Assembly: GCA_048213135.1 (NCBI GenBank)
Contig: PS015010.1
Location: 1,550,001-1,614,000, forward strand
Length of the DNA: 64,000 nt
Direction of reading: 5' to 3'
DNA from: Reclinomonas americana ATCC 50394
Taxonomy: Eukaryota
Shown: positions 49,296 to 60,372 of the stretch, in pieces
Numbering within the stretch: position 1 is the stretch's first letter
How the letters are laid out: each line of letters opens with the position of its first letter
Program-made: the position numbers and the translations under genes
Notes under the pieces: model-generated
What the model was told of the DNA's origin: nothing
Databases searched by the model: none
The model's input: only the letters and a program-made list of their open reading frames with translations

Positions 49296-50039
49296 ATGAA
49301 GATCCTGGTTTGTATCAGCAAAACGCCTGATACCACGGCAAAAATAGCCTTCACTGATAACAATACGAAATTTGCGGCAGACGGTGTGCAATGGATCATT
49401 AACCCATACGACGAATGGTATGCACTGGTAAGGGCCATTGAACTGAAAGAGGCTGATCCCGTTACTGTTATTCACCTGGTGACTGTGGGCGCTGCCGACA
49501 GCGAACCGGTTATCCGTAAAGCATTGGCGCTGGGCGGCGACGAAGCCATCCGCATCAATGCCGACAGCCACGACAGTTATTATATTGCTTCACAGATTGC
49601 GCAGGTAGCCAAAGAAGGCGGTTACGACCTGGTGTTCACCGGTAAAGAAACCATCGACTATAATGGTTCTTCCATAGGCGGCATGGTAGCTGAATTGCTT
49701 GACCTGCCTTATATATCACTTGCCACCAAATTTACCCTGGACGGCAGAACCGCGACAGTTGTACGTGAAATAGAAGGTGGTGAGGAAACCGATAAAGCAT
49801 CGCTTCCGCTGGTTGTAAGCTGCCAGAAAGGAATGGCCGAACAACGTATTCCCAACATGAAAGGCATTATGGGCGCCCGCAGCAAACCCCTGAAAGTGGT
49901 GGAGCCCGCTGCTGTCGATCCCCTCACCAGTGTGGTATCATTCGATCTGCCGCCTGCCAAAGCCGGTGTTAAACTGGTACCAGCCGATCAGCCGGAAGAA
50001 CTGGTAAGGTTATTACACGAAGAAGCAAAAGTATTTTAA
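49296..50039 (+). CDS. etfB: Electron transfer flavoprotein beta subunit
   Basis: MKILVCISKTPDT, INPYDE, GKETID, REIEGG; TAATTTTG promoter box at 49224. Confidence 0.95.
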   Translation: MKILVCISKTPDTTAKIAFTDNNTKFAADGVQWIINPYDEWYALVRAIELKEADPVTVIHLVTVGAADSEPVIRKALALGGDEAIRINADSHDSYYIASQIAQVAKEGGYDLVFTGKETIDYNGSSIGGMVAELLDLPYISLATKFTLDGRTATVVREIEGGEETDKASLPLVVSCQKGMAEQRIPNMKGIMGARSKPLKVVEPAAVDPLTSVVSFDLPPAKAGVKLVPADQPEELVRLLHEEAKVF

Positions 50040-50062
50040 TCACAACTCATCAAACTCATTAT

Positions 50063-51022
50063 ATGTCAGTATTAGTTTTCCTGGATCAATCCGAAGGACA
50101 GATCAAAAAATCATCGCTCGAAGCGGCTTCTTACGCGGCACAACTCGCTCAGCAACTGGGCACTTCCGCCGAAGCCCTTGTATTGGGAACGGTTAATAAC
50201 GCTGCCGCCATCGGCGACCAGGGTATTACCAAAGTACACCAGGTAAAAAATGATTCGCTGAATAACGTGGATGCCCAGGTATTCGCCAAAGTGATTGCGG
50301 AAGCAGCCACTGCTACAGGAGCGAAAGTGATCGTATTTTCCAACAACTTCACCGGCAAGGCCATCGCTCCCCGTTTGAGCGTGCGCCTGAAAGCTGGTCT
50401 TGTTTCCGGTGCAGTAGCCCTGCCCGATACCAGTAACGGGTTCGTGGTAAAAAAGAGTGTATTCAGTGGCAAGGCATTCGCCCATATAGCCATCACTACC
50501 GATATAAAGATTATTGCGCTGAACCCCAACTCCTACAGTACCAGTCATACCGGTGGCACCGCCGAAGTTTCGGAACTGAATGTAACAGCCGACACACCTA
50601 AAGTACAGGTGACCAGTGTTGATAAAGTAGTGGGAGAAGTGCCCCTTACGGAAGCCGAGATCGTGGTGAGCGGTGGCCGTGGTTTGAAAGGACCTGAAAA
50701 CTGGGGCCTGGTAACCGACCTGGCTAAATTGCTGGGCGCAGCTACCGCCTGCAGCCGTCCTGTTGCCGACATCCACTGGAGGCCTCACCATGAGCACGTT
50801 GGACAAACAGGCCTGGCCATTGCGCCCAACCTGTATTTTGCCATCGGTATTTCCGGCGCCATCCAGCACCTGGCAGGCGTTAACCGCAGCAAAGTGATCG
50901 TGGTGATCAATAAAGACCCGGAAGCGCCTTTCTTTAAAGTCGCCGACTACGGTATCGTAGGCGACGCGTTTGAAGTAATGCCAAAGATCATCGAAGCAGT
51001 AAAAAAGATCAAAGGAGCTTAA
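50063..51022 (+). CDS. etfA: Electron transfer flavoprotein alpha subunit
   Basis: [33 protein letters not shown]. Confidence 0.96.
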   Translation: MSVLVFLDQSEGQIKKSSLEAASYAAQLAQQLGTSAEALVLGTVNNAAAIGDQGITKVHQVKNDSLNNVDAQVFAKVIAEAATATGAKVIVFSNNFTGKAIAPRLSVRLKAGLVSGAVALPDTSNGFVVKKSVFSGKAFAHIAITTDIKIIALNPNSYSTSHTGGTAEVSELNVTADTPKVQVTSVDKVVGEVPLTEAEIVVSGGRGLKGPENWGLVTDLAKLLGAATACSRPVADIHWRPHHEHVGQTGLAIAPNLYFAIGISGAIQHLAGVNRSKVIVVINKDPEAPFFKVADYGIVGDAFEVMPKIIEAVKKIKGA

Positions 51023-51048
51023 TCCTTTCTCACAATACTAATACTAAT

Positions 51049-51078
51049 AAAAAGCCTCCCGGTGCGGAAGGCTTTTTT
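51049..51078 (+). terminator. Rho-independent terminator after etfA
   Basis: aaaaagcct..aggctttttt hairpin. Confidence 0.75.
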
Positions 51079-51153
51079 AGTTAGACAACCCAACCGTCCT
51101 GCGCATACCTCATTCGTAATTCATAATTCGTAATTTTATAACAACTTGCAACT

Positions 51154-51618
51154 ATGAACACTCCTCTTCCCATCATCGACATCAAAGCCAAAATACAGGT
51201 CGCCAAACCCACACATGAGGTTTTTGAAGCGATCGTTGACCCTTCAAAAATGTCCAACTACTTTATAGCCAAAGGCAGTGCCAGGATGGAAACGGAAAAC
51301 AGCACGGTAAAATGGAGCTGGCCTGAGTTTGACGGTGAATACGCCGTTCGCGTGGGCAGGATTGAAGCCGACAAATACATTTCCTTTTACTGGGACAATG
51401 AAGGACATGAAACGTTGGTGGAAATGGTGCTTACACCGGCAGGCAATGAAGCTACCATAATTACCGTCACCGAAAAGAACAGGGAAAATAACGAAGCCGG
51501 TATCAAATGGCTGAAAAGCAATACCGAAGGCTGGGCCAATTTTCTCGCCTGCCTGAAAGCCTGGATGGAATACGGCATCAACCTGAGAAAAGGCGCATTT
51601 GAATTCATGAAACAATGA
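51154..51618 (+). CDS. SRPBCC/AHSA1-like domain protein
   Basis: EVFEAIVDP..NYF, GWANFLACLKAWMEYGINLR. Confidence 0.88.
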   Translation: MNTPLPIIDIKAKIQVAKPTHEVFEAIVDPSKMSNYFIAKGSARMETENSTVKWSWPEFDGEYAVRVGRIEADKYISFYWDNEGHETLVEMVLTPAGNEATIITVTEKNRENNEAGIKWLKSNTEGWANFLACLKAWMEYGINLRKGAFEFMKQ

Positions 51619-51735
51619 TGAAAAGCACAACCTAACAGAGTTCTTCTCTAAAAGGGGTAACAATTCTTTCGTATCATCAACCTGTTGCTAACAGCAGCCC
51701 ACGGCAGTGCAGCAGTTTCAAGTCCTCCGTTATGG

Positions 51736-51799
51736 GTCATGCTGAGGAAACGAAGCATCTATTCATTTTGAAAGGAGGTCTCTCCTTCGTCGGGATGAC
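51736..51799. repeat. REP/REPIN-like palindromic element (GTCAT..ATGAC)
   Basis: gtcatgctgaggaaacgaagcatct..cttcgtcgggatgac; related to 62766-62859 and a half copy at 48746-48768. Confidence 0.6.
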
Positions 51800-51902
51800 T
51801 CAAAAGGTCAAACTGGTGTACTCTCCGGCCCGCTGGCTATTGCAGGTGGAGAAAAAACGCAATATCTTACCCTACCGCATCATTGACTGAAAACATTACC
51901 GT

Positions 51903-52502
51903 ATGAACAACTTTAATATCGTGAGCATATTAGGTACCGGTCTCGCCGGCTTTGGTTTTTTACTCATGTACCTTGCCTATAAACTGATCAGGAGCATTGT
52001 TACCGCAGCTAATGTTAACCCGCTGGTGGTATCCACAATCAACAGGTATATGCTGGTCTGCTTTATTATGACCCTTGCCGTGGGCTTCTCCGCCTATATG
52101 ACGGCCTACTATAAAAAAGACACCATTGCGAAACAGGATGAAGTGATCAGTAAAAAAGACTCTGCCGTAAACCTGCTCACCACATCACAAAAAAACAACG
52201 CGATGGCTGAAGAGGTAGTACAACTTACCGACAGCACCTCCATCAATGCCGCGAAAAAAGAGCAATTGAAAACGCTGGATACTTTATCAGGTTATGTATC
52301 GGCACAGGACAATCCCCAGCTGCAAAAAGAATTCAATGATAATAAGAATAAACTGATCTCCGTTTACGACTCACTTAAAATGCCCGAGCTGAGCAAACTC
52401 AAACGGGATTCTCTCAAACTCCGGTACATCCGCATCAATAATTCTATCAGTAATATTTCCGTGAAAGTGGCGAAGCAGACCGCGGCGAGGGCAAACCAGT
52501 AA
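51903..52502 (+). CDS. Hypothetical two-TM protein with a helical C-terminus
   Basis: Two hydrophobic helices, then a charged helical region. Confidence 0.7.
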   Translation: MNNFNIVSILGTGLAGFGFLLMYLAYKLIRSIVTAANVNPLVVSTINRYMLVCFIMTLAVGFSAYMTAYYKKDTIAKQDEVISKKDSAVNLLTTSQKNNAMAEEVVQLTDSTSINAAKKEQLKTLDTLSGYVSAQDNPQLQKEFNDNKNKLISVYDSLKMPELSKLKRDSLKLRYIRINNSISNISVKVAKQTAARANQ

Positions 52503-52508
52503 TATCCC

Positions 52509-52934
52509 TCATACAAAAGAAAATAATACCGCGGGATGAGCAGTGCTGAGTGATTTATTATCGATGAAACTCCAGTGGATATTATTTTTCCCGGTTACCG
52601 CATCACCCGAACAGGTAAAATCGCAGAACAAAAGACGCCGCCGGTTACTTCCTTTCGGCAGATCATACCATTCCAGGTATACCCTTGCCGCCCGGGATAT
52701 TTTAAACGCAGCCCCTTCTTCTTCAACCAGGCCGGGCTGGTACACCTGCAGTGCACAGGAGCCGGTAAACCGCATGGTAAGGATATCCTTCCCTTCGTCG
52801 AATGCAGCGTGCGTCCATTGCAGTATATGTGTTGTTCCACCCGGTACAAATCCCCAGCAGCGCAGCACTCCGCTCTTGCCGGGAACTTTCCGGTTGCTGT
52901 ATTTTTCCGCGAACATAAAGGGCGACATTTCCAT
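52509..52934 (-). CDS. Hypothetical protein
   Basis: Fills the gap between flanking genes; most protein-like of the overlapping ORFs. Confidence 0.5.
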   Translation of the reverse strand: MEMSPFMFAEKYSNRKVPGKSGVLRCWGFVPGGTTHILQWTHAAFDEGKDILTMRFTGSCALQVYQPGLVEEEGAAFKISRAARVYLEWYDLPKGSNRRRLLFCDFTCSGDAVTGKNNIHWSFIDNKSLSTAHPAVLFSFV

Positions 52935-53102
52935 TTTACTTTATTGTGAAGTCCTCACAAATATCCGTAACCTAAAGACATCATACACATTTAACATTCC
53001 GTTCTGAAAGAAATACGAAAAGCTACGTACTTTAGCGGCGCCTTCAGCGTTATGGCTGGGGACCTGCCCTTAGCCTTTTCACCATCAACATAAAGTATAG
53101 CC

Positions 53103-54491
53103 ATGAAAAAAACAACCATCCTCATTTGCATCCTGTTCACTATCGGTAGCGCATATGCGCAGCGATTTAAAGTAACTTATGATGCCCGTGCTTTTAAAGG
53201 GCCTTTCACCGGTCATGTGATCCTGTTCCTTTCCAAAACCAATCCCGAACCGCGAACCACCAGCGACAGCAGTTGCTACGGTATGCAGGTGGAATTCGTC
53301 GCCCCGGGACAGATCATCGCCATTGGCAATGAAGCCAGTTATTTTCCCGTGCCCCTCACTTCGCTGGAAAGAGGTACTTATTATGCCCAGGCCGTGTGGG
53401 ACCGCGACCTCGGCGGGCGGGCCATCGGCACCAGCCCCGGTAACCCTTACAACAAAGCGGTTAAGGTGGAACTGACCGGCGACACCAACCAGGTCATTTC
53501 CCTGAACTGCAACGACATCATTCCTTCAATGGCATTCCGGGAAACCCGTTATGTAAAGGAGTTGATCGTACCATCAAAACTGCTGACAAGATTTTCAGGA
53601 AGGGAAGAAACCGTGAACGCGGCCATCATCCTGCCACAACAGTATTACACTGAACCGGAAAGGAAATTCCCCATTGTATTTATGTTCGGCGGCTATGGCG
53701 GTAACTATCATCATTACTCCGCGGAGAACGGCGACACCATGCCCAGCATTCCGCTGAACAGTACACCGTGTATAAAAGTATTTCTCGATGGCGATTGCCG
53801 CCTGGGACACAGCGTATATGCCAACAGCGACAACACCGGTCCGTGGGGTGATGCCTTTACCAAAGAATTCATTCCCGCCCTGCAGAAACAATACAGGAGC
53901 AATGGTGCCCTGCTCATGAAAGGCCACAGCAGTGGCGGCTGGACGGTATTGTGGTTGCAACTCCGTTATCCAAAATTGTTTGCAGGTTGTAATGCCAGCG
54001 CTCCCGACCCGGTTGATTTCCGTTCATTCGTAAATGTGAACCTGTACAATAAAGCGTCTAAAAAAGTAGCACCCCATGCTGAAGATGTATTGTACCGCGG
54101 AGAACAGGATCGTTCTTTTGACGCCGTATTCGGCCCCAGGAGCGACGATGGCAGGATACTGACCCTGTACGACGCGGCAACCGGTGCGATGAATACTGAT
54201 GTGCTGGAACACTGGAAGAAATACGACATCAATCTTTTCCTGCAGAAGAACTGGAAAAAACTGGAAGCAGATCTGAAAGGAAAGATCAGGATATCTGTTG
54301 GTAATGAAGACACTTATTTCCTCAATAAATCAGTTGAGAAGCTGGATGAAGAAATGAAGAAAATGAATACGGGTATCGTGTTCGCATATTACCCCGGCGA
54401 TCACTTCAGCGTAGCCACACCCGCTTACAAAAAAGATGAGACCAAATGGCTGGAAGAGAAATACCTGGAGTGGGAGACGAAGAAGAAGTAG
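53103..54491 (+). CDS. Exported alpha/beta-hydrolase (putative esterase)
   Basis: Signal peptide; GHSSGG nucleophile elbow; SAPDPVDF; VGNEDTYFL; PGDH. Confidence 0.85.
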   Translation: MKKTTILICILFTIGSAYAQRFKVTYDARAFKGPFTGHVILFLSKTNPEPRTTSDSSCYGMQVEFVAPGQIIAIGNEASYFPVPLTSLERGTYYAQAVWDRDLGGRAIGTSPGNPYNKAVKVELTGDTNQVISLNCNDIIPSMAFRETRYVKELIVPSKLLTRFSGREETVNAAIILPQQYYTEPERKFPIVFMFGGYGGNYHHYSAENGDTMPSIPLNSTPCIKVFLDGDCRLGHSVYANSDNTGPWGDAFTKEFIPALQKQYRSNGALLMKGHSSGGWTVLWLQLRYPKLFAGCNASAPDPVDFRSFVNVNLYNKASKKVAPHAEDVLYRGEQDRSFDAVFGPRSDDGRILTLYDAATGAMNTDVLEHWKKYDINLFLQKNWKKLEADLKGKIRISVGNEDTYFLNKSVEKLDEEMKKMNTGIVFAYYPGDHFSVATPAYKKDETKWLEEKYLEWETKKK

Positions 54492-54524
54492 TATTGAGTA
54501 GTGAGTAGTAAGTATTGAGTATTG

Positions 54525-54566
54525 AGTAAAAAGAGGAGCTCTAAATTTAGAGCTCCTCTTTTTACT
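54525..54566. terminator. Perfect 42-bp palindrome, terminator after the esterase gene
   Basis: agtaaaaagaggagctctaaa|tttagagctcctctttttact. Confidence 0.75.
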
Positions 54567-54706
54567 TTTGAATTTTGACTTTCAGACTTTTTAAAGTATA
54601 TTGTAGTAAACAGAATTCAATCCGGCCCGGACAAACCCCTTATTTCCACGTGTACCCGACCCCGCTGTATCCGTGCCTGGCAAAGGTGTAAACAAAACTA
54701 CAGCAT

Positions 54707-56800
54707 ATGAAAACGCTCTCCTCCTTACTGCGTGCAGTACTGGCATGTATTCTGCTTGCAGTTGGCTTTGTCAGCAAAGCCCAGTTTACCAACAGCATCA
54801 ACATCGGTTCGGCGCAGCAAACGGTGAACCCGACTACCACCTACAATCCCTGGCAAGTGACCAACTACTCTGGTGATATGGGCGGCGCTTACTCCAACAG
54901 CAACACCACCGCCACCGTACCACCGCCGCTTGGTCCGCCACCTGCCGCTCCTGTAGCATTCGGGCAGAACGCCCTGGTCGTAACCTCTTACCCCTCCTGG
55001 GTTGCGGGTACTTACCTGAGTTGCTTTCCGTTCAACACCATTTACACACCGCAGCCGGCTGTGAGTAATCTCACCAATTGTACGATGAGCATCCGCCGCT
55101 TTTTTAACATCTGCAGCAATGGCAATGAGCGGGTTAATTTCAATATGACGGTGAGGTGTGATGATGGCATCAACAGTATTGTGATCGATGCAGGCTCCGG
55201 CAGCCCCGTGGTATTGTTCACAGGACCGGCTTTTGCCATGGCGCCGCCAATTAACATCAGCTCTTCCGTTAACCTGGCACCGGGTGTGCACACCATCGAT
55301 ATTGTAGCTTCCGACTGGGAAGATGTGAATGGCACTTACTATGTAATCAATGGCGTTCGCCGCCAGTGGAACCCTTTTGGCGTTTCCATTACCGGCACCA
55401 TCAGCACCATTGGCCCTGTACTGCTTAACAGTGCAGCACCACCGATATCATCCATCACCGGTCCCCCGGAAGTATGTGCCGGCCAGACCATCCAGCTCAG
55501 CAATGCCACACCGGGTGGTACCTGGTCTTCTTCCAATACATCCATCGCCACTGTTGACGCCAGCGGTAATGTAACCGGTATTACGCCGGGGGCGGTTGCC
55601 ATTGGCTACACCATTTCACAGGGACAGTGTACCGCTTCCGAATCGTACCTGTTGTATGTTACCGATTGCCATTGTGAAGACTCCTGTAACTGGAGCCTCA
55701 CCGGCAATAGTTTTGTAAAACCCTGGAATTTTATAGGATCACTCAACAATGCCGATTTCAAGATCCGGACATTCAACACCGAACGTATGCGGGTAACCGC
55801 CGCAGGCAATGTAGGTATCGGTACTACCAGTCCGTCCAAGTTGCTTGATGTGAATGGAGAGGCACGCATCGCCGTATTGCCCGCCTCCGCTCCCAACGAC
55901 AGGGTGGTAATGGCCAATGCAGCCGGTGACCTCCGTGCCCTGTCGCCAACAGGAAATACCAGCCAGTACCTCAGCGGCAACGGAACCTGGCAGAACCTGA
56001 GCAATGGCGGTCTCATTGATGCGCAGTATGGCCTCACTACCGACGGCTCCACTGTTTACCTGGGTGATGTGTGCAGTGCCGGCGGTGGCAAATTCGGCAA
56101 CAACAGGGAGATCAATATGAACAATTATAACCTGTACTTTAATTCCGATAAGGAAGGTAAACTGTTCATGGGTCCCACAAGTTATACGTTTGAGGATTGC
56201 CAGCAGTTGTTCACCCGTTTGGAGATATCATCTTACGGACTACCCGCCAAAAACAATTATGATTCACCCGATCCTTCCACCAGCGGTCTCAGGTTCACTT
56301 ACCTTACCGCTAAGGACAGGCCTATCGACAATAAAACGAACGGTGTTCTTTCGCTCGATGATGACGGCGATGTAATATGGGTGAAAACCTGTTGTGATCA
56401 TACCACGCTTAAAGAAGGACAGATCAGTGACATCCTGGACCGGCTGACCAAACTGGAACAGGAATTAAAAGCCAGCCGCGAGGAAGCCGCCACACTCCGC
56501 GATCAGTTCAGTAAAATGGATGTGGTACTCAGCAACAGCAATGTGGTGGTACTGAATCAGAATGTGCCCAACCCTTTTAACGAGCACACCGTGATCACCT
56601 ATTCCATTCCTAAAAATTTCCGCCAGGCACAGGTATTCTTTACCGCCGCCAATGGCGAGATCGTAAAGACCATCGACATCAAACAACAGGGCAAAGGTTC
56701 CCTGAACGTGTTTGCCAAAGACCTCAGCAGCGGGTTATATACCTATACGCTGGTGATTGATGGCAAGACCGTGGCCACCAAAAAAATGGTCCGGCAATAA
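54707..56800 (+). CDS. T9SS type-A CTD cargo protein with Ig-like, tail-fibre-like and coiled-coil regions
   Basis: Signal peptide; WSSSNTSIATVDASGNVTG (Big_2-like); ERMRVTAAGNVGIGTTSP; coiled coil; LNQNVPNPF..LSSGLYTYTL..TKKMV CTD. Confidence 0.88.
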   Translation: MKTLSSLLRAVLACILLAVGFVSKAQFTNSINIGSAQQTVNPTTTYNPWQVTNYSGDMGGAYSNSNTTATVPPPLGPPPAAPVAFGQNALVVTSYPSWVAGTYLSCFPFNTIYTPQPAVSNLTNCTMSIRRFFNICSNGNERVNFNMTVRCDDGINSIVIDAGSGSPVVLFTGPAFAMAPPINISSSVNLAPGVHTIDIVASDWEDVNGTYYVINGVRRQWNPFGVSITGTISTIGPVLLNSAAPPISSITGPPEVCAGQTIQLSNATPGGTWSSSNTSIATVDASGNVTGITPGAVAIGYTISQGQCTASESYLLYVTDCHCEDSCNWSLTGNSFVKPWNFIGSLNNADFKIRTFNTERMRVTAAGNVGIGTTSPSKLLDVNGEARIAVLPASAPNDRVVMANAAGDLRALSPTGNTSQYLSGNGTWQNLSNGGLIDAQYGLTTDGSTVYLGDVCSAGGGKFGNNREINMNNYNLYFNSDKEGKLFMGPTSYTFEDCQQLFTRLEISSYGLPAKNNYDSPDPSTSGLRFTYLTAKDRPIDNKTNGVLSLDDDGDVIWVKTCCDHTTLKEGQISDILDRLTKLEQELKASREEAATLRDQFSKMDVVLSNSNVVVLNQNVPNPFNEHTVITYSIPKNFRQAQVFFTAANGEIVKTIDIKQQGKGSLNVFAKDLSSGLYTYTLVIDGKTVATKKMVRQ

Positions 56801-56811
56801 AGCTGTTCCCG

Positions 56812-56846
56812 ATAAAAAAGCCCCGTATTAACGGGGCTTTTTTATT
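56812..56846 (+). terminator. Rho-independent terminator
   Basis: aaaaaagccccgt..acggggctttttt. Confidence 0.8.
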
Positions 56847-56959
56847 GCGTCCACCCGTTCCCGCACCCGAAAACCTCCGTATGACATAGTGTTCAAAAAA
56901 CAGTTGTATTCTTTATATTTGTGTTTTGCTAAAATCAAAGCACAGCAGCGAACCGGAAT

Positions 56960-57547
56960 ATGAAAAAAATAGAACTGGAAATTGTGGCCCTTTCTCACAG
57001 TATCACGCAAACGCATTCCTATGCGGTGGTGCTGGGTGAAGTGAACGGATTGAGACGGCTACCCATTGTTATCGGCGGCTTTGAAGCACAGGCGATTGCG
57101 GTGGCACTGGAACGGATGAGTCCGAGCCGGCCGCTTACGCATGACCTGATGAAGAATTTTATGATGGCTTTTAATGTGGAACTGCACGAGGTGGTGATCA
57201 ATGATCTACAGGAAGGCATTTTTTACAGCAAGCTGGTGTGCAGTTCCGTAAATGATACGGTTGATATCGATTCCCGCACTTCCGATGCGCTGGCGCTTGC
57301 CGTTCGCTTCGGTTGCCCCATCTATACTTACGACAATATACTCGACCAGGCAGGCATACTGATGGAAGACGACGGCAAAAAGAAAAAAGCCTCCCCGGCA
57401 GCCGTTACTTCCGAAGCAGGCAGCCACGACGACCTGAAGACCATGTCGCTTGAAGAGCTGGATCACCTGCTTAACGAAGTACTGGAACAGGAAGATTACA
57501 TCAGGGCCATCGCCATCCGCGATGAGATCAAGAGCCGTAAAAAATAA
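56960..57547 (+). CDS. Bifunctional nuclease (DUF151) family protein with a UvrB/C motif
   Basis: LPIVIGGFEAQAI, RPLTHDL, DSRTSDALALAVR, EDYIRAIAIRDE; TATATTTG box at 56914. Confidence 0.92.
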   Translation: MKKIELEIVALSHSITQTHSYAVVLGEVNGLRRLPIVIGGFEAQAIAVALERMSPSRPLTHDLMKNFMMAFNVELHEVVINDLQEGIFYSKLVCSSVNDTVDIDSRTSDALALAVRFGCPIYTYDNILDQAGILMEDDGKKKKASPAAVTSEAGSHDDLKTMSLEELDHLLNEVLEQEDYIRAIAIRDEIKSRKK

Positions 57548-57576
57548 CGTCTTTCAATCATCAATACTGCCGGCTT

Positions 57577-58437
57577 ATGGTCGTTTTTCCCAATGGCAAG
57601 ATCAATCTCGGGCTGAACATTCTCCGCAAAAGAGCCGATGGCTTCCACGACCTGGAAACTGTTTTCTATCCCGTAATGGTGCAGGATGCCCTTGAACTGG
57701 TACGCGACCCGGGCGGAAGCCTTCTCCCCGTTTTCAGCCACAGTGGTCTCCCGGTAGACGGCCCCGAAGAGAACAACCTTTGTCTCAAAGCCTGGCAATT
57801 GATCAAACAGGACTTCCCTGACCTGCCCGGGGTGAAGATACATCTTCACAAAAACATCCCCATGGGTGCGGGATTGGGTGGCGGCTCTGCCGATGCCGCT
57901 TTTATGCTGCTGATGCTGAACGAACAATTCAGGCTGGAATTATCGCGTGAGCAACTGCTTAATTATGCCGCACAACTGGGCAGCGACTGCGCTTTCTTTA
58001 TTACCAACCAGCCCTGCTTTGCTTCGGGAAGAGGAGAACAACTGGAACCTGTTGATATTGACCTTTCCGCATATCATATCCTGCTCATCAACCCGGGTAT
58101 ACACATCAATACCGGTAAGGCTTTTTCACAACTTACCCCTGCTGTGCCGGAGTACCGCATCCGCGATATCATACAGCAACCTGTTCATACCTGGAAAGAA
58201 AAACTGGTGAATGATTTTGAAGGACCAGTATTTGAAGCATATCCATCTATCAGGGCGATTAAAGAAAATTTATATCAACAAGGTGCTTTGTACGCCGCCA
58301 TGAGCGGCAGCGGCAGTACGGTGTTCGGCATTTTTGAGCAAGAGATATCTACTGTTGGTATTGATCCCGCTTATTTTGTAAAACAGCTGCGGCTTACAAT
58401 TCCGCCAGCAGACCCCTTGCATCCAGCGGGTCGGTGA
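57577..58437 (+). CDS. ispE: 4-diphosphocytidyl-2-C-methyl-D-erythritol kinase
   Basis: KINLGL, KNIPMGAGLGGGSADAA, LGSD, MSGSGS. Confidence 0.95.
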   Translation: MVVFPNGKINLGLNILRKRADGFHDLETVFYPVMVQDALELVRDPGGSLLPVFSHSGLPVDGPEENNLCLKAWQLIKQDFPDLPGVKIHLHKNIPMGAGLGGGSADAAFMLLMLNEQFRLELSREQLLNYAAQLGSDCAFFITNQPCFASGRGEQLEPVDIDLSAYHILLINPGIHINTGKAFSQLTPAVPEYRIRDIIQQPVHTWKEKLVNDFEGPVFEAYPSIRAIKENLYQQGALYAAMSGSGSTVFGIFEQEISTVGIDPAYFVKQLRLTIPPADPLHPAGR

Positions 58438-58876
58438 CCATTTGCAGGTTACCCGATTCATCCACGGGCCACTCCTCCTTCGGCCTGTCCCAGTACAACT
58501 CTACCCCATTACCATCCTGGTCATTAAGATAGATCGCTTCCGATACGCCATGATCTGCCATACCTGTAATAGGATACTTCGCGTCGATCAGCCGTTTCAG
58601 TACCGCGGCCAGGTCCTTCCGTTCTGGATAAAGTATAGCAGTATGATACAGTCCTGCTGTATTCACCGGCGCAGGCCCCGCTCCTTTGCTGTGCCAGGTG
58701 TTCAGCCCAATATGGTGATGGTAGCCGCCGGCCGACAGGAACACGGCGCTGTTGCCATACTGCTGCGTCACTTCAAAACCCAGTAAATCACGGTAAAAAC
58801 CAAGCGCCCGCTCAATATCCGATACTTTCAGGTGTATATGACCAATGCGGGTTCCCGCCGGAATTGTGTAACTCAT
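58394..58876 (-). CDS. VOC/glyoxalase family protein (CatE-like)
   Basis: IGHIHLKVSD, GGYHHHIG, GLYHTAILYP, DHGVSEAIYL.D.DGNGVELY. Confidence 0.9.
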   Translation of the reverse strand: MSYTIPAGTRIGHIHLKVSDIERALGFYRDLLGFEVTQQYGNSAVFLSAGGYHHHIGLNTWHSKGAGPAPVNTAGLYHTAILYPERKDLAAVLKRLIDAKYPITGMADHGVSEAIYLNDQDGNGVELYWDRPKEEWPVDESGNLQMVTDPLDARGLLAEL

Positions 58877-59054
58877 AAAATGTTATTATCTTGCATTCAA
58901 ATATACAGTTATTCAATCGTTCGCTCCCATAGTATCCTTTCTTAACAGCAACCTCGACCTGCTCAATCACCGAGGATAAGTACTGTTGCGCCTCCTTCCG
59001 AAGGGGGCCGGTTCACCGTCTGTATTACTGATCTCACTTTTTAATTTTACTATT

Positions 59055-60299
59055 ATGCATACCGTTATTGCGCCCAGCGCCAGTACTCAATACTATCTCG
59101 ATCTTGAAGACAAATACGGCGCCCACAATTATCATCCCCTGCCCGTTGTACTGCAGCGCGGCGAAGGCGTTTTTTTATATGATGTCGATAATAAACGTTA
59201 TTACGATTTCCTCAGTGGTTATTCCGCCGTTAACCAGGGGCACTGCCATCCCCGTATCGTTGCCGCGCTGGTTAACCAGGCACAGCAGTTAACGCTTACG
59301 TCAAGGGCTTTTCACAGCAACCTGCTGGGGGAATATGAAAAATACATCACCTCCTATTTCGGGTACGAAAAAGTATTGCCCATGAATACGGGTGTGGAAG
59401 CGGTGGAAACTGCGATTAAGCTTTCCCGTAAGTGGGCCTATGAAGTAAAGGGTGTTCCCGACGGGCAGGCGAAGATCGTAACCTGTGAAGGTAATTTTCA
59501 TGGCAGAACAACCGGTGTGATCTCTTTCAGCAGTGACCCCAGCGCTACCGGTCATTTCGGTCCGTTCAACCCCGGCTATATTTCCATCCCCTATAATAAT
59601 CTTCCTGCCCTGGAGAAAGCATTCCAGGACAAGCATATAGCCGCTTTTCTTTTTGAACCCATACAGGGCGAAGCGGGTGTTGTGGTACCGGACGAAGGTT
59701 ACCTTGCAGGCGTGCGCCAGCTGTGCAATGAATACCATGTGTTGATGGTGGCCGACGAAATACAGACCGGTCTTGCCCGCACAGGACACATGCTTGCCTG
59801 TGATCACGAGCATGTGAGACCCGACATACTGATACTGGGCAAGGCATTGAGTGGTGGCATACTCCCCGTGAGCGCCGTACTCTGCGATGATGTGATCATG
59901 CTGCGCATACAACCCGGTGAACACGGCAGCACATATGGTGGTAACCCGCTGGCCTGCGCCGTAGCCATGGAAGCCCTGCAGGTACTGAAGGACGAAAACA
60001 TGACTGCACATGCAGAAGAAATGGGTGAACTGCTGAGAACCGGACTCCGCCAGCTGAACAGTCCCTTTATTGAGACAGTAAGAGGAAAAGGATTGCTTAA
60101 CGCCATCGTGATCAGGCACAGCAACCCCGACGCGGCCTGGGAACTCTGCCTGGCGCTGAAGGATAATGGCCTGCTTGCCAAACCAACACATGGCGATAAA
60201 ATACGATTCGCACCACCACTTACTATTACCAGAGAACAGGTACAGGAATGCGTGGCGATCATCGCAAAAAGTTTAGATGAGTTGGCAACGGATCATTGA
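59055..60299 (+). CDS. rocD: Ornithine--oxo-acid aminotransferase
   Basis: [58 protein letters not shown]; start placed at ATG 59055. Confidence 0.95.
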   Translation: MHTVIAPSASTQYYLDLEDKYGAHNYHPLPVVLQRGEGVFLYDVDNKRYYDFLSGYSAVNQGHCHPRIVAALVNQAQQLTLTSRAFHSNLLGEYEKYITSYFGYEKVLPMNTGVEAVETAIKLSRKWAYEVKGVPDGQAKIVTCEGNFHGRTTGVISFSSDPSATGHFGPFNPGYISIPYNNLPALEKAFQDKHIAAFLFEPIQGEAGVVVPDEGYLAGVRQLCNEYHVLMVADEIQTGLARTGHMLACDHEHVRPDILILGKALSGGILPVSAVLCDDVIMLRIQPGEHGSTYGGNPLACAVAMEALQVLKDENMTAHAEEMGELLRTGLRQLNSPFIETVRGKGLLNAIVIRHSNPDAAWELCLALKDNGLLAKPTHGDKIRFAPPLTITREQVQECVAIIAKSLDELATDH

Positions 60300-60372
60300 T
60301 AACTATTAATAACTATCCTTGTTTCGAAAGTCCGGTAAGCACTTTCTGATTCATAATTGATAATTTTGCCAC

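Noticed and set aside
58394-58437. Convergent 3' overlaps (ispE/VOC gene; also rhomboid/tilS at 47375-47389)
   Set aside because: Short tail-to-tail overlaps are common and imply nothing special
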